From NCBI GenBank assembly GCA_040954595.2, contig CM082589.2, forward strand, positions 2,411,498 to 2,475,497: 64,000 nucleotides of DNA, written 5' to 3'. The stretch's first letter is position 1, and each line of letters starts with the position of its first letter. Positions 1-23,598 of the stretch are shown one piece after another. The position numbers were made by a program, and so were the translations under genes. The stretch is from Balanoglossus misakiensis. Lineage: Eukaryota; Animalia; Hemichordata. The notes under the pieces are model-generated. The model was not told the DNA's origin and did no database searches. It worked only from the letters and a program-made list of their open reading frames with translations.

Positions 1-11597
<11,597 letters not shown>

Positions 11598-12200
11598 TAA
11601 AAGAATAAATTATAGGAGAAATCTTTAGATAGGTGAGTGATGTGATGGGCACATTGATGTGTATTTTGATGACTTCTCAAACAAATTTATATCATGTTAC
11701 AGTTCTATTACTATAAAACACTGTGTTCTAATTCAATACTTTCTTTTCTCATGTCTTTCAGGTTTATAGTAGCATTTTTAGAAATTTTATAGTTCCAGCT
11801 TGTGAGAAGTCGATATTTTGATGAACTGGCTGACAGAATTTGGAAGACTTTGTGCACATCCATATTTACTGTTGCCATATGAAACTTTATTGATTTTTGG
11901 GGGGGTTTCATTTGGAATGTGTGTGCAAGACAGGAAATAGTTATAGCAGCTCCGGAGTTCTGAAAATTATGTAGATGTTTACAATAGTTTTTGTTTGATG
12001 CCATATTTTGATGATGTCATTGTACCAGGGAACATTGAATTTACGTGACCATACTTCTTTGCTTAACGGTTAACTATGGAAATTTCAACAGGTCTGCTTT
12101 GCCACTTGCCACAAGCTAACCGTCAAAGGAGAGGGATGTTATCGATTACAAATTTCAACAGGAATTGCGAAGAAAGGCAAACAAGAAGTTACTGTATCAT

Positions 12201-12292
12201 TTAACCCATTCACCCCTAGTACCGTCTTTAGAGGTCCAATTTACCATAGAAAACAATGTGTTTGGACTGGACCATGTTGGTGAAAGGGTTAA
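12201..12292. mobile_element. Short non-autonomous TTAA-flanked MITE (piggyBac-like ends), copy 2, in the ROCK 3' region
   Basis: TTAA-CCCATTCACC ... GGTGAAAGGG-TTAA, with internal homology to 6045-6139. Confidence 0.75.
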
Positions 12293-14473
12293 GGCTCCTT
12301 ACTTTCTGAACATATTCGACTTACAGTGATTGCCAAAAATTGGATACATCACTGACTTTTCTAACGAAACTGTCTAACATGGTGTAATCACCATATATTT
12401 GTGTGGTGCTTTCACTTATTGTGTGTGAAACTTTTTTCCCAATACTTTGGTGTAGGAATCGAAACCGCGAGTCAGGATGCAAATTTCAATCTGAAGAACG
12501 TAATGCTGTCGTTTATCTTGCCAACTTTATAACTGTTTATGTTTGGCAGCCTTACATAATGCATGGCAATGGTTTCACCATAAATTACGGATAATAGGAG
12601 TCTTCTCAATGCATATGTGTTCTTGTTGCAACTATAAAAATAATTAAGTCCTTATAGAATTCATTAAATACAACATAGGAGATTAATTGGTCTGTATTCG
12701 GTCGTTCAATTTTGCAGTATAAACATAATCAGGTGCTGCCCGGCAAATCCCTTAAATTTGAAAGTACAACTTCATTTAGTCTATTGGTACACTGAACATT
12801 ACATTTTTCTCTGTGAATTATAACATCTGTCCCCTGCAGTTAGTCACAATTGACGGTGCATGTCGTGTACGTATTTGACGACGGCCTCAAGAAAATATTC
12901 AGTTGTGAAGTTGTGTTGCAACCTCCATATAAAATATACTTTACATCTGTATATATTTCGTTATTACAATAAGCGTTACATTTGCCCCACTCGTTCTGAT
13001 GCCTGTTAGAAATTAGTCATTTTCTTCTTTTGATTGTGTATTATGCAGCACATTCGTTTTTTATACCTTGACTATTGCAACTAAATTGCTCTGCGGCAAA
13101 TTGGACAAATTGGAATTATATAGTGTTGATATTTTTGTTGAATGTATGATTCATGCATTCTTGTACTTGGGACATTTGATTAGTATGAACTATTTTATCG
13201 CCGACACTTGCTGGTGTCAGTAGCGATAAAAATCGCGCCACAGACAATCATTCGGGGCAATTGAATACGCAGTTGAATACCTAGCAAATTCGCTGTGTTT
13301 ATTACACACATTCACGGATGCATTGCATGTACATTGTGAACTGTTAGTACAATGAAGTGATCAGTCACATGGTCAAGTGACCATACTGTTTTCCCAGTTT
13401 ACATGCAACAACAGCAATCAGAATATTCAGTTGTTGAGTTCTTAGACAATCGACGAAATATACACGTATATCATCAATATTAGCAAGTTACAGAAAAAAG
13501 TACACACACAAAATCACCAAATACAGATACATACAAGAAAAGAACACATTGTACCTTATGGTACAGCTTCTTCAACACAAGTTGTTAAGTTTATACTGGG
13601 AAGATGATGATATCTTCTTTGTTGGAAATGCGTTTTTCAAACACTTATCTAACCTTTGGGGTATTACAGAGTCAAACGTTAGCTGTGGCTACATCTCACA
13701 CAACTAAAATTGCAACATCTGCTTCTGGTGTAAATGCAGGGAATGTTTTCTTTTGTCTTTGAATTGGCTTTAGAGGCAGATAACAATTATATTGTTTGCA
13801 GCTAACACCCTACAGCTCGTTCAGACACAGGTTTATTTTTGCAAAACTGGTAATCAAAAAATTTGGTACACATGGAAACACGAAAAGGAGTTATAGACGG
13901 TACAATTCAGTGTTTCAAGTTTAAACTCAATTTATATAGTGTCATGACAAAACCTGATTTTATTCAAGCCCGTTGATTTGATTTCTTTGGTTGACTTGGC
14001 ATTGGTATAAACAAACTAGTTTATTTTTTCTCAAGTATCCTGTACAGAATTTATATCTACCAATTTAGTCTAATTCACACATTCTTGTATTTTTCTTTGG
14101 AGTGGGCCTTGAAATCTTTTTTTCCTTCCTTGCATGCATTGTCAGTTGGTACCACAATATTCGAAGTCAAATAAAATTGTATATGCATAAATATTGTGCG
14201 TGACAATTTTAATTTTGAGCTTTATTTGCAATCCCAGTATTCTGATGCTTCTACAGATATGTTTGATACTGATCAGTGAAATGTAATTTTATGCAGGAAA
14301 CCATTAGATAACGGATACGGAGTCATTTTCACTTGGTAAAGTAATAACATTTCTTTTAATATCAGGTTTAATTAATCAGTACATGTAAATCCTCAAGTGA
14401 ACAGCAAGTCTTATTGAGTGATAAGTCATGATTATTATTAATTCTGGTCAATGGTTTATCACGTACTGACTTA

Positions 14474-15666
14474 TCATGGAGATGGTTGCATGTACGTTTC
14501 TTCGACAATGATTCTGGATACGCTGTTATAGCCGGTGTATGCATTGCCGAGACTGACACCTGTACAAGCCCCAACGTTAACTCCAACCGTAACTGCTCCG
14601 GCGGGAACGTTGTAACACAAACCTTGTACTGAAAGGGTAAACACATATAGTATTAAAATTGCAGGGACAACATGCGCGCTGTAGATAAAATAATGGTCCA
14701 GGATTCATTGCATATACAAAGTACAATAATAAAAAATTAGTTTACGTCTTCTCGGTAGTTACAGTTCCATTTAGCTCTATGTGTGGGCTATCCCTAGTAG
14801 ACCTCATAAAATCGAGTTTGTTCACAGACGTGAGTCAAATGAAACAAAGAGTTGGAAAATCCAGCAAGAAGAGATTGGCAATTTTCAGTACACACCTGAA
14901 CTGACTTGATGAACATCGTGGCTTCCGCTGTCATAAATAAGGCCATCAATCGTATCAGGATCAGTACATTCTTCGCCATTAAAAGTGAAATACCAACGGT
15001 TACATGCAGCACCACTATAACCTCCTCGAAAAGCCCCATTCCATGTGACCTTGATTGCAGAGTCTGGAAATGCTTTACCAAAACCACACGTCTATTCAGG
15101 AAGCCCGTATCATAGTAGAGAAAAAGAAGAAGTTGCAATTGATTTTATGATATGCTCTCTATAAGAAACAAGACTGACGTCATCGTCAATGTGGATTATA
15201 ATTGCCATATTTCAAAATGAGAAGCTATAATTTTATGGGGAATTAAAACTCGCTAAATAATGTAAAACACAAAACTATATAACATAAGAATATTTACCGC
15301 TATCAGTCCTTCATCCACGTTATTGTTCATACTGCTGAAAGTGCATTGTTTGATATTCGGTTCTTGCATAATCCAGGACATCTCTTTCATTGCAGTCTTC
15401 ACTATATCGTTTAACTTAGACATGGTAAGAGCTTCTTCGTTACCCTTGGGGATAAAATTGAATTTGTGCTGCAAACTCTTATAACAAAGGTACAATAACT
15501 CATACCGTGTTAAAATTCTTACTTTTCGTGACATGATATATTATACTCTAATAATGATATTACCCACCTCCTCATCCGTAACAGAATATATTTCACCTTT
15601 CGCGTTCGTAGTTTTTACGATCAAGAACAGGATTGCAAGTGACCGTAAGATGCAAATAGCCGCCAT
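14474..15666 (-). CDS. CTHRC1-like secreted protein (CTHRC1 C-terminal domain) without a collagen triple helix; exons 15666-15568, 15444-15298, 15091-14896, 14628-14474 (198 aa)
   Basis: Hand-spliced with canonical GT/AG and consistent phases. Signal peptide MAAICILRSLAILFLIVKTTNA, then [124 protein letters not shown]. This is collinear with vertebrate CTHRC1 ([56 protein letters not shown]). Confidence 0.9.
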
Positions 15667-17825
15667 GGCTTGTTAAGAGTTAAAATGCTGAAAAAACAAT
15701 AAAAATCGAAAAAATAAGGCAACAGATAGCGAGCACTGAAGACAGGCACGGTCACTTCCATTGCACAAGTTGCGAGCTCACACCACCAACTTCGCACAGT
15801 TATGTACATACGCAGAACAAAGACCAAATGGAACGACGATTGTCAACACTCCAGCAGGAAACTTTGACATACAGTCACAGCGTGTATGCAAGAAAACAGC
15901 TTTTAAAATTCAGATGAAAAACGTGTGAAGAAATGCTTGAGATAAAAACATATCCATTCGTTAACGAGTTACTCGTGCCGATCCTCCTTTACCCTCAAAA
16001 ATATTACATCGCCTTATATCCACGTTAATCTCACAGTCATCCTTGCTGAACATTTCTATTACTCATTGGGAGTCTATAATCTTACCTGACACAAAGTAAG
16101 ATGGAAGAATCGATGTTCTCGAATGAGGTCCCAGTGTGAAATGCATCGGTGGCAAGAATCTGTGGATTTTTATCATGTTACTGAGACGTCAGCGCCTCGA
16201 CATCATTTTTTATTTATTGATTTTTATTTACTTTAAAATTGTCGTGAGATTCCATACATCTGGAAGGATGTGTATACCCCAATATTATTTTCGATCGACC
16301 CAATTCCATCTCTGTTGGATTGTCGAAGTTGTAGGAAAATGTGCAATATTTGGTAATCTGATCCTGGACCTATAGAATATTTCCTATAGAGTTCCTATAT
16401 ACATGTATGTAAGACACTAACCCTACACAGGGATCACCAAGGCGTTTCTAAAACATCTCAGATCAAATACTGGCGTAAATTATTGTGTGTGAACCGTTTA
16501 AGTGATCCTGAAAAGTCTCAGAGCAGAGGCGGCTTTGCCGATCAGGCCTGAGCCAGTGTAAGGATTAACACCTCTCCGCAACCTCAGCTCCTATGCAGAA
16601 ACTTTGTATATTTGTGTTTACCATATGCAAATAGTGCCTCTAAATTTAACCTGTGTGAACCTGGTACGTGTATACCATGCAAGCCATCAGATACAAACAA
16701 AGTTGTGCACGTGAGAAAATTGTCCGGCATGATGGTTCCCACTTGATATTTAATAATTTTAATTTTAATAATTTAATAATATTGACAGGTTCGTGCGTTT
16801 TATCTCATAAATAGACGTCGCAGCTGACCCATATAGGAACATTTATCACGAGATGTTTTATCACGAGAAATTCTACCGATAACGACCTGATAGATTTCTA
16901 GTGATGAACCATCCTTATGATAAAAAGTACTATAAAATATTTTATCAAAGAAACTGAGATAAACATACCATGCCTATATCTACGTAATACACGAATCGAT
17001 GGGAATTTCTACAATTGGACAACACATAAATTCGTATTTTACATGTAATTCATCAATTTAAGCTATCTAAAGATAGCTTGGGGAATAAAGGGGAAAACAC
17101 CGAGTGTGATTCATTAAATTAAGGACATCAATAATTGTATCCTTTACCTATCTCTGACACCAGATAGGGTCCAAAGATCTGGACAAAGTTACAAGGTTAA
17201 GGACATGTACCATCAGAAACCACGAAAATAGCGACCCAAGATGATAGGCCAACGCCCTGTTCATTCAGTCCACCTCCTTAGTATGTGGTGTATTTGAAGT
17301 GGGACCATCCTGGTATTTCCCACTTTCCATTTTCATCGAAATGCGTCTTTTACAAAAGTACATCGACGAGTCTGCCGTTTACAGAAGGTGAGATTAGGTA
17401 CACCTGCTGCTAACCCATGTTTACATTCAGTATTATAGGAGGAGTACAGTGACACGCATTTTAAGCGGGTGATACCAACACATTTATTCCGATTAAAGTA
17501 AGACCTTATAACAACGTCGGTGAAAACAAAGTCTATGTACAACCAACTACATGTATTTCCTGTCACATTAGGTTGCGAAATAGTGGAACTTGCGGTTAGA
17601 ACAACCCCAGACCACATCCTTTTTTATCGCAAGTTCAATATATTCGCAGATTGGAAAATAAATTGACGGACGGGTGTAAGTTCGTTGTCAAAGTATCCGT
17701 TCGCCTAGTCCAGAAGCCAGACTTATGTGTGTGTTTTTTCCGGTGAGCTCCACGCATGTGTTTGGAGCGCAGCGAAAATACACACGAGTCTGGATTCTAG
17801 ACTATCGTTCGCCGAGTCGAAAATG

Positions 17826-19028
17826 TTACAGCGGGGACGTTGGTATATGCTCACATGGCTTGCCAGTACAGCGGTCGTCATCAGAGAGAAACCAGTGACC
17901 AAATCGCTTGGCTCGCTCTTCCTTGTGGTCTTGACCGATTATGAAATTATTCTGAACAACGATCGGTTTCTTTCGGCTACTCTCGCGAAGCTTGACGAGC
18001 AGGTACCATCTCCCGCTGAAGAATTGGTCTTCGGGGAGCCACTGCATTTTTAGCGAGGGCTTGCGTATCAGGCGGTTGAGTATTGCCATATCGCCGGAGG
18101 AGGAATTACCGCCACGTCGATGAAGTTTCGTCATACTTTTGTTGTAGGTGCTTCTGAGTTGGCTCCACATGGTTTGAGTTGCCGGCGTAGCGTTCAGAAA
18201 AATAAAACCGGCCATGGCTTGCCTGGACGCTTCGTCGTGACCAACCTCGTTCGCTGCACTCGCTACATCTACGTTCGTATAGTTTTGAAAGAACGGCACG
18301 GCGTTACTGAACCACACCGAGTCAGATTCCGCCAAGATCACCGAGACGTTTTCCATCAGTATTCTGTCAACCGCCGTGACCCGATACAGAAGGAAATCGT
18401 AGTAGGCAATTTCACCAAACTGCGTGTTTATCGCTGTTTCTCCAGACGGGCGAAGAACTACATTCAAGTTAGGTTTCCACGTCTTCAGCTTGCGGTACGC
18501 TTCTTGATCACTGGCTATGAACAACGTCAAGGGCAGGACATTCATGCAATCCACGTTGCAAATCCAATTTTTCGTCAGATTAAGGAAGCCAAGACTGAAA
18601 AAGTTAAGTACCACTAGACCATACCGCTGCCCTATCCTCTTCACTATGGCCAACAAGCGAGAATCTGTTCCATCAGATACATCGACGCTTTCTTTTTTCG
18701 TGCCATTGTATGCTTTAGGTTCTTTATTCGAGCCTGTGGGGCCCTTCAGCATCGGTTGTTGATGTAGTCTACTCTCTTTACCGCGCGATATCTGTGAACC
18801 AGTGTTGTTCGCTTGGTGCTTTGTGGCAGCTTGTGGATAACTCATGTCCCTGGCTACGGTTCCAAGTTCGCTACGAGAGTCCTTTCCATATCCGTTGAGT
18901 TTCAAAGAAGTAACGGCGCTCCCCGACAGCTCGGGTGGTTGTCTTGTCTGGAATACCTGTCTAAGGTGTCGCACGCACACGACACAAGACATTACAAGGA
19001 CAATCCAAAAGAGACGTGTTTTGGTCAT
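17826..19028 (-). CDS. Intronless nucleotide-diphospho-sugar transferase family protein (GT77-like, type II membrane glycosyltransferase)
   Basis: Single ORF from MTKTRLFWIVLVMSCVVCV (TM anchor) with a stem region. Family-like motifs: GFLNLTKNWICN, FGEIAYYDFLLYRV, VILAESDSVWFSN (DxD position), AGFIFLNAT, and C-terminal VVQNNFIIGQDHKEERAKRFGHW. Confidence 0.82.
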   Translation of the reverse strand: MTKTRLFWIVLVMSCVVCVRHLRQVFQTRQPPELSGSAVTSLKLNGYGKDSRSELGTVARDMSYPQAATKHQANNTGSQISRGKESRLHQQPMLKGPTGSNKEPKAYNGTKKESVDVSDGTDSRLLAIVKRIGQRYGLVVLNFFSLGFLNLTKNWICNVDCMNVLPLTLFIASDQEAYRKLKTWKPNLNVVLRPSGETAINTQFGEIAYYDFLLYRVTAVDRILMENVSVILAESDSVWFSNAVPFFQNYTNVDVASAANEVGHDEASRQAMAGFIFLNATPATQTMWSQLRSTYNKSMTKLHRRGGNSSSGDMAILNRLIRKPSLKMQWLPEDQFFSGRWYLLVKLRESSRKKPIVVQNNFIIGQDHKEERAKRFGHWFLSDDDRCTGKPCEHIPTSPL

Positions 19029-19533
19029 AGTTGCGTTTCGGAAATATGCGCACCTTTGTTTCGTATGGCTGATATAACAAAGCATGGTGGAACAGATGTT
19101 ACTGATTTTTCATGCATAAATGGCCTAGAAGTTTAAACTGACAAACCAAACAGCGACTTGTTAGTGTAAGTGCATTATCTCTCGACGGATGAAGACAATT
19201 TATTCACCAAAGATGTAGAAAAACAAGTAGTTTGTGGGTCCTTATTCCCTATCGACAGAACGTAATTGCAATGCGGTCGAAGGGACCTATCAATCACCAC
19301 GTGAGAGGATTTGAGTTTTTGAAATGTTGTCCAACATACACATTTTTGCGCTAAAGAAAAACAAAACAAAAAATACAACAACGCAATCAAATCTGAAAGT
19401 GTGCATCGCTTAAGTGTTTTTTTGTTTGTTTTTCTCTGATGGATGGCTGTTGTTCTTGGTTTGTAAAAAAAGAAACGGAGCAATCATGCGCACTTTGGGC
19501 TGTCCATCTGTAGCCAGGATGTCGGTGATGCAA

Positions 19534-20520
19534 CTATTCTTTGGAAGCCAGCAACTCAATATTTTCTTCGTCGGCGGCGCTCCTGGTTGCGTTGGCTCGC
19601 CACGAACCGACAGCAACGATGGATGACGCCAGTAACACCAGCAAGGCACCGACAATGTCCAATGCGTCGGAGGACTGGTGCAGAACCAGTATTTGCAGAA
19701 CGAAGACGATCACCAATTGAACGTTGCCCAGCAAGACGACGGTAGGCGCCCCCTCGATCTGAAGAGATCGATACCTCGCCCACTCGCCAACGTTGGCGGT
19801 TATGACGACGCCGGCCAGGGCCACCCACACAACCCCGCTCAAGTGCCACTCGGACGTCCGCGAGAAGAACATGAAGACTGCATTCAGGATGGCGATGAAG
19901 ACGTTGATATAAAACGTTGTCGTGAGTGGGTCGACGTTAGGGCCGACCAGCCGCCCGCATATGTACGTCAGCGATAACCCGAAGGCCCCCATGAAAGCCG
20001 CCAAGTATGCAAGCCCTTCCTGGGTTGTCACCGAGGTTCCTGTTTCGCTGCCAAATAAGAATTCCGGCTTATCCACGAGAATGATTCCGGTGATGTCTAT
20101 GATTACAGCCACGCCTACGAACCACTTCAGCTTTTCTCTGAGACAGGCGCAAGACATAATCGAAGTTATGACTGGCATCGACCCGGTGACGATAGTCACT
20201 ACGTTGCCCACGGGCGCTCTCGGCAGTGCGTACAACAGCCCAAGTCCGGAGGCCGCGTGCAGTACGCCGTTGAGAACGACAAACCCACGGTCTCTCCACG
20301 TCTCCGGCAGGATAGCAACCCGCCTCGCGCATATGATGCATGCGAGGAGGGCGAGTCCGACGGCGGCGTTTAAGAACGCCACCTGGAACTGGCTCGCCCC
20401 GCCGTTTTCGGAAACCACGATGCACAGATTGGAAAAGGCCGAACTCAGTCCGGCGAAGAGGCCAATTAGCACACCGAAACCACTTGTAAAGAATGAACCT
20501 CGTGTGTCACCAGATTTCAT
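19534..20520 (-). CDS. EamA/DMT-fold transporter, SLC35G1-like, copy 1 (intronless)
   Basis: 328-aa ORF with ~10 hydrophobic segments in two EamA repeats. Motifs YALPRAPVGNV..PVITSIMSCACLREK, LVDKPEFLFG and RSLQIEGAPTVVLL. Paralogous to the two neighbouring ORFs. Confidence 0.9.
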   Translation of the reverse strand: MKSGDTRGSFFTSGFGVLIGLFAGLSSAFSNLCIVVSENGGASQFQVAFLNAAVGLALLACIICARRVAILPETWRDRGFVVLNGVLHAASGLGLLYALPRAPVGNVVTIVTGSMPVITSIMSCACLREKLKWFVGVAVIIDITGIILVDKPEFLFGSETGTSVTTQEGLAYLAAFMGAFGLSLTYICGRLVGPNVDPLTTTFYINVFIAILNAVFMFFSRTSEWHLSGVVWVALAGVVITANVGEWARYRSLQIEGAPTVVLLGNVQLVIVFVLQILVLHQSSDALDIVGALLVLLASSIVAVGSWRANATRSAADEENIELLASKE

Positions 20521-21536
20521 GATGATGCCGCTATCCCCTGTCTTCGAATATCTCTTCTGGCGAATTCACTTTCACAGCTTCTGGTTTGGAAAGAAAGTCG
20601 TGGGATGAACATATACGGGTCACTATCCGACAAGAGCACCGGCCACTTTGGCACCAACTTTGGCGTTAATGCAAAACAATGCTAGTCTTTATGCAAAGCA
20701 CCCGGCTTCAGGAAAACATGTGAAATCATGAAAAATAATTTACACAATTTCGACCCTAATTAGTAGAGATACGCGTGATGAATATGTTAATGGGTTTACG
20801 CAATGTAATACCCGCTTTTTTCCCTTCTATTTTTGTTCGTTGTTTCGGGATGACATAGCCTTTTCCCTCCGCCTTTATGTTATTAATTCCAGACTATAGG
20901 TTGGAAGAAATATGCTATGTGCGTTGGGGACTTCGGAAAGAGAAAGTTCCATCCAAATACACGGGCACGGGATTTCCCATGAATATGTGCGGAAATCTAA
21001 ATTTTATATCTTCACATGACAAGCTTTTCTATGTAAAAAAAAACATATAAGGCTTATATATGTGTTAGCATGAGAACCGAGAGAAAAGCAACGCCAAACA
21101 GGAAGGATTTTGGAATATTGAAGGTAGGATTTATTTTCTTCAGACAAAACTATAAGCAGAACAACCGACCATCACCATGAAGGATATAAGTTCACACATA
21201 AGCCCAGCAGAAAGGGGCATTATTTTGTCATTGTAAATACATAATTCAACTCAGTCGAGTAGAGTGAATACAATTGGTGAAATAAATCTAAGACAAACAA
21301 TACATTAGGATAAATTTACTAGCATATCAAAAAATCCGATCATTCTAGATTTTCTTTGAAATTTTCAAAAAATATCACGTAAACACCACCATGCGTTTAT
21401 CCGTCAAATATGCATATAGATCGTACATCTCATTTATAACAATTACAACAAACATAATTGGTACCCTTACTAACATCTTTTGCCATACTTTATCATCCCT
21501 AATTCGAACTACCAGTCGAGTACGTACACGTCGGCT

Positions 21537-22637
21537 TTATTTATGTTCGTTTCCCGCCTCATTGCTCTTGATAAGGAGCATTTCTAATTCGGTCTCCCTC
21601 TCTATATCTTCAAAGTTTATCCAGCACGAAGCTATGGCTACGATAAGCGTGGCGATGGTGACCAGAGTCGCCCCGATGAGGTCCCACACGTCGACGTAGC
21701 TGTGCAGGACGAATATGTCTAGAAGGTAGGCTATGGCGATCCTGACGTCGGTGAGGAGGATGACGGTGGGCGCGGTCTCCAACTGGAGGGCGCTGAACAG
21801 GCTCCACTCGGTGACGGTGACGAGCGAGCACACGCCGAAGACTGAGACCCAGACGAACGTCGGGAGGGCCCAGTTGCTCGGACTCGTGGTGGAGACGAGT
21901 ATCACCGAGTTGATCAGCGCGGAGATGAAGCCGTTGTAGAAGACCGTGGTAAGCGGGTCGACTCTGTCGGCCAGCGAGCGGCCAATTGTCAGGGACGCCG
22001 CCAGACCAAGCGCCCCTGCGGCGGCGCTGACGTACGCCAGATCTTCCCCGGAGAAAAGCTCCTGTTTGCGGCCAGGGAAAAGGAAGTGTGGTTTCGCCAC
22101 GAGGAAGACGCCGATGATGACGAACGAGAAGGCTAAGACGTTGTGGTAACGACACTTCTCTTTCAAGCACAGACAAGACATAACGGCGGCAAAGATGGGA
22201 ATCCCTCCATAAACAATGACAGCGACGTTACCAATCGGTGCTCTTGGTAAAGCATAGAAGATCGATATATCAGCCAGGGTTCGCAAGACGCCGTTACTAA
22301 CGATCAGGAACGCGGTGGTCGAATCATCTGCCAAAAGACTTACTTTCTGGCACAAGATGAAGAGCAAAGACAAGAGCGTCATCGACAGACCGCACAAAAA
22401 TGCAATCTGAAACTGGGAACCTCCGCCAACTTGAACCCAGACGATGAACATGTATGCGATGGCGTTGCACGTTCCGCTTAACAGAGCTAACGATACACCA
22501 ATCCACGACTTCACGTACTTGTCTCCTTGTCCGCCATCTTTGACGGTCTTTCCGGCATCACCACCTGCCAACGAGTCCGGACAATTCTGCGACTTCTTCA
22601 TCTCGTCGAAATTGATGTAACCTTTGTTGGCATCCAT
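21537..22637 (-). CDS. EamA/DMT-fold transporter, SLC35G1-like, copy 2 (intronless)
   Basis: ORF from ATG at 22637 with motifs FYALPRAPIGNV..PIFAAVMSCLCLKEK, VAKPHFLF and ALQLETAPTVILL. Confidence 0.9.
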   Translation of the reverse strand: MDANKGYINFDEMKKSQNCPDSLAGGDAGKTVKDGGQGDKYVKSWIGVSLALLSGTCNAIAYMFIVWVQVGGGSQFQIAFLCGLSMTLLSLLFILCQKVSLLADDSTTAFLIVSNGVLRTLADISIFYALPRAPIGNVAVIVYGGIPIFAAVMSCLCLKEKCRYHNVLAFSFVIIGVFLVAKPHFLFPGRKQELFSGEDLAYVSAAAGALGLAASLTIGRSLADRVDPLTTVFYNGFISALINSVILVSTTSPSNWALPTFVWVSVFGVCSLVTVTEWSLFSALQLETAPTVILLTDVRIAIAYLLDIFVLHSYVDVWDLIGATLVTIATLIVAIASCWINFEDIERETELEMLLIKSNEAGNEHK

Positions 22638-23598
22638 GATCACTTGTTTCTATTTTGGCGTACGTCTTCTTGGACCAGTGTCTGCTCGGAACGCTTTCGA
22701 AATTTTACGCCAGAAACATAATATTTGGCTCCGTTTATTTGGAAGCTCTGTCCGTGTGTATACTATTATGACGCCAGTATCGATACTGGGAGGGGCAATC
22801 ACGACCAACACATACCCGCTTAAATCAATTTTTTTCTATTTTGTCTCTCTCGATCCCCAAAATTACCATATGTTTACGCTCATTAGGCGATTAATTATAG
22901 CACTGATCTTAGTGAAGCAATGCAGGCTAATGGCAAGTTCTCTGTTGTATATCAAATTTCAGGGTCAATGTGAGAGAGTATGATATGAAATGGCCCGATC
23001 ACGACCAGATTTTATTGTAAACAACTCGCGTGTTCGCCAATAATTTGAATAATGACGATCTTAACACCTGATCACTTGCCGATATTTGCATAATGCACAA
23101 TAAAGGTCATGCATATATTAGCAATGTTACGGGTGGTGCAGTTCTTGGGGTGATCGACATGCGTGTATGATACCCGCATCTGTCGCCTTTCACTCAACTC
23201 CGGAGGCGACAGAGCCTTTTAGGAACTACGTTAAGCACATGTGCCAGATGAATATTAACTTTCTAGTTTAGTTAAGGGACTGAAAGATAATATGAAAGCA
23301 TAACACTTGGTCGTTGTAGGGAATGGTGTCAAATGAAGATTCTCAAGTTTCAGAGATTCTTGTGTTTGAAATTTAATTTCAAAACTTCACATACAAAATA
23401 ATAATAATAATTGTTAAAAGCGGGAGTAATTAATAGTGGTTACGTCATCTATAATACAAAACCCATTAAAGTAAAAGTACATGTATATGCCTGCGATTCA
23501 AGCCCTCCTCATTTGCTATAACAGGTTTGCTTGCACTGGTGTGGAATTCATATATATTTTTAATTTTACAGTCGATGTCTTTGTAGACTCAAGAAATC

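Noticed and set aside
14794-15138. 114-aa hydrophobic minus-strand ORF, initially suggestive of a decayed element or membrane protein
   Set aside because: It is an alternative frame over CTHRC1-like exon 3, and the other frame carries the conserved RWYFTFNG motif.
16080-17620. Short exon-like open stretches on the minus strand between the CTHRC1-like gene and the glycosyltransferase
   Set aside because: No recognisable domain and no consistent spliced model. The donor near 16085 may only belong to a 5' UTR exon.
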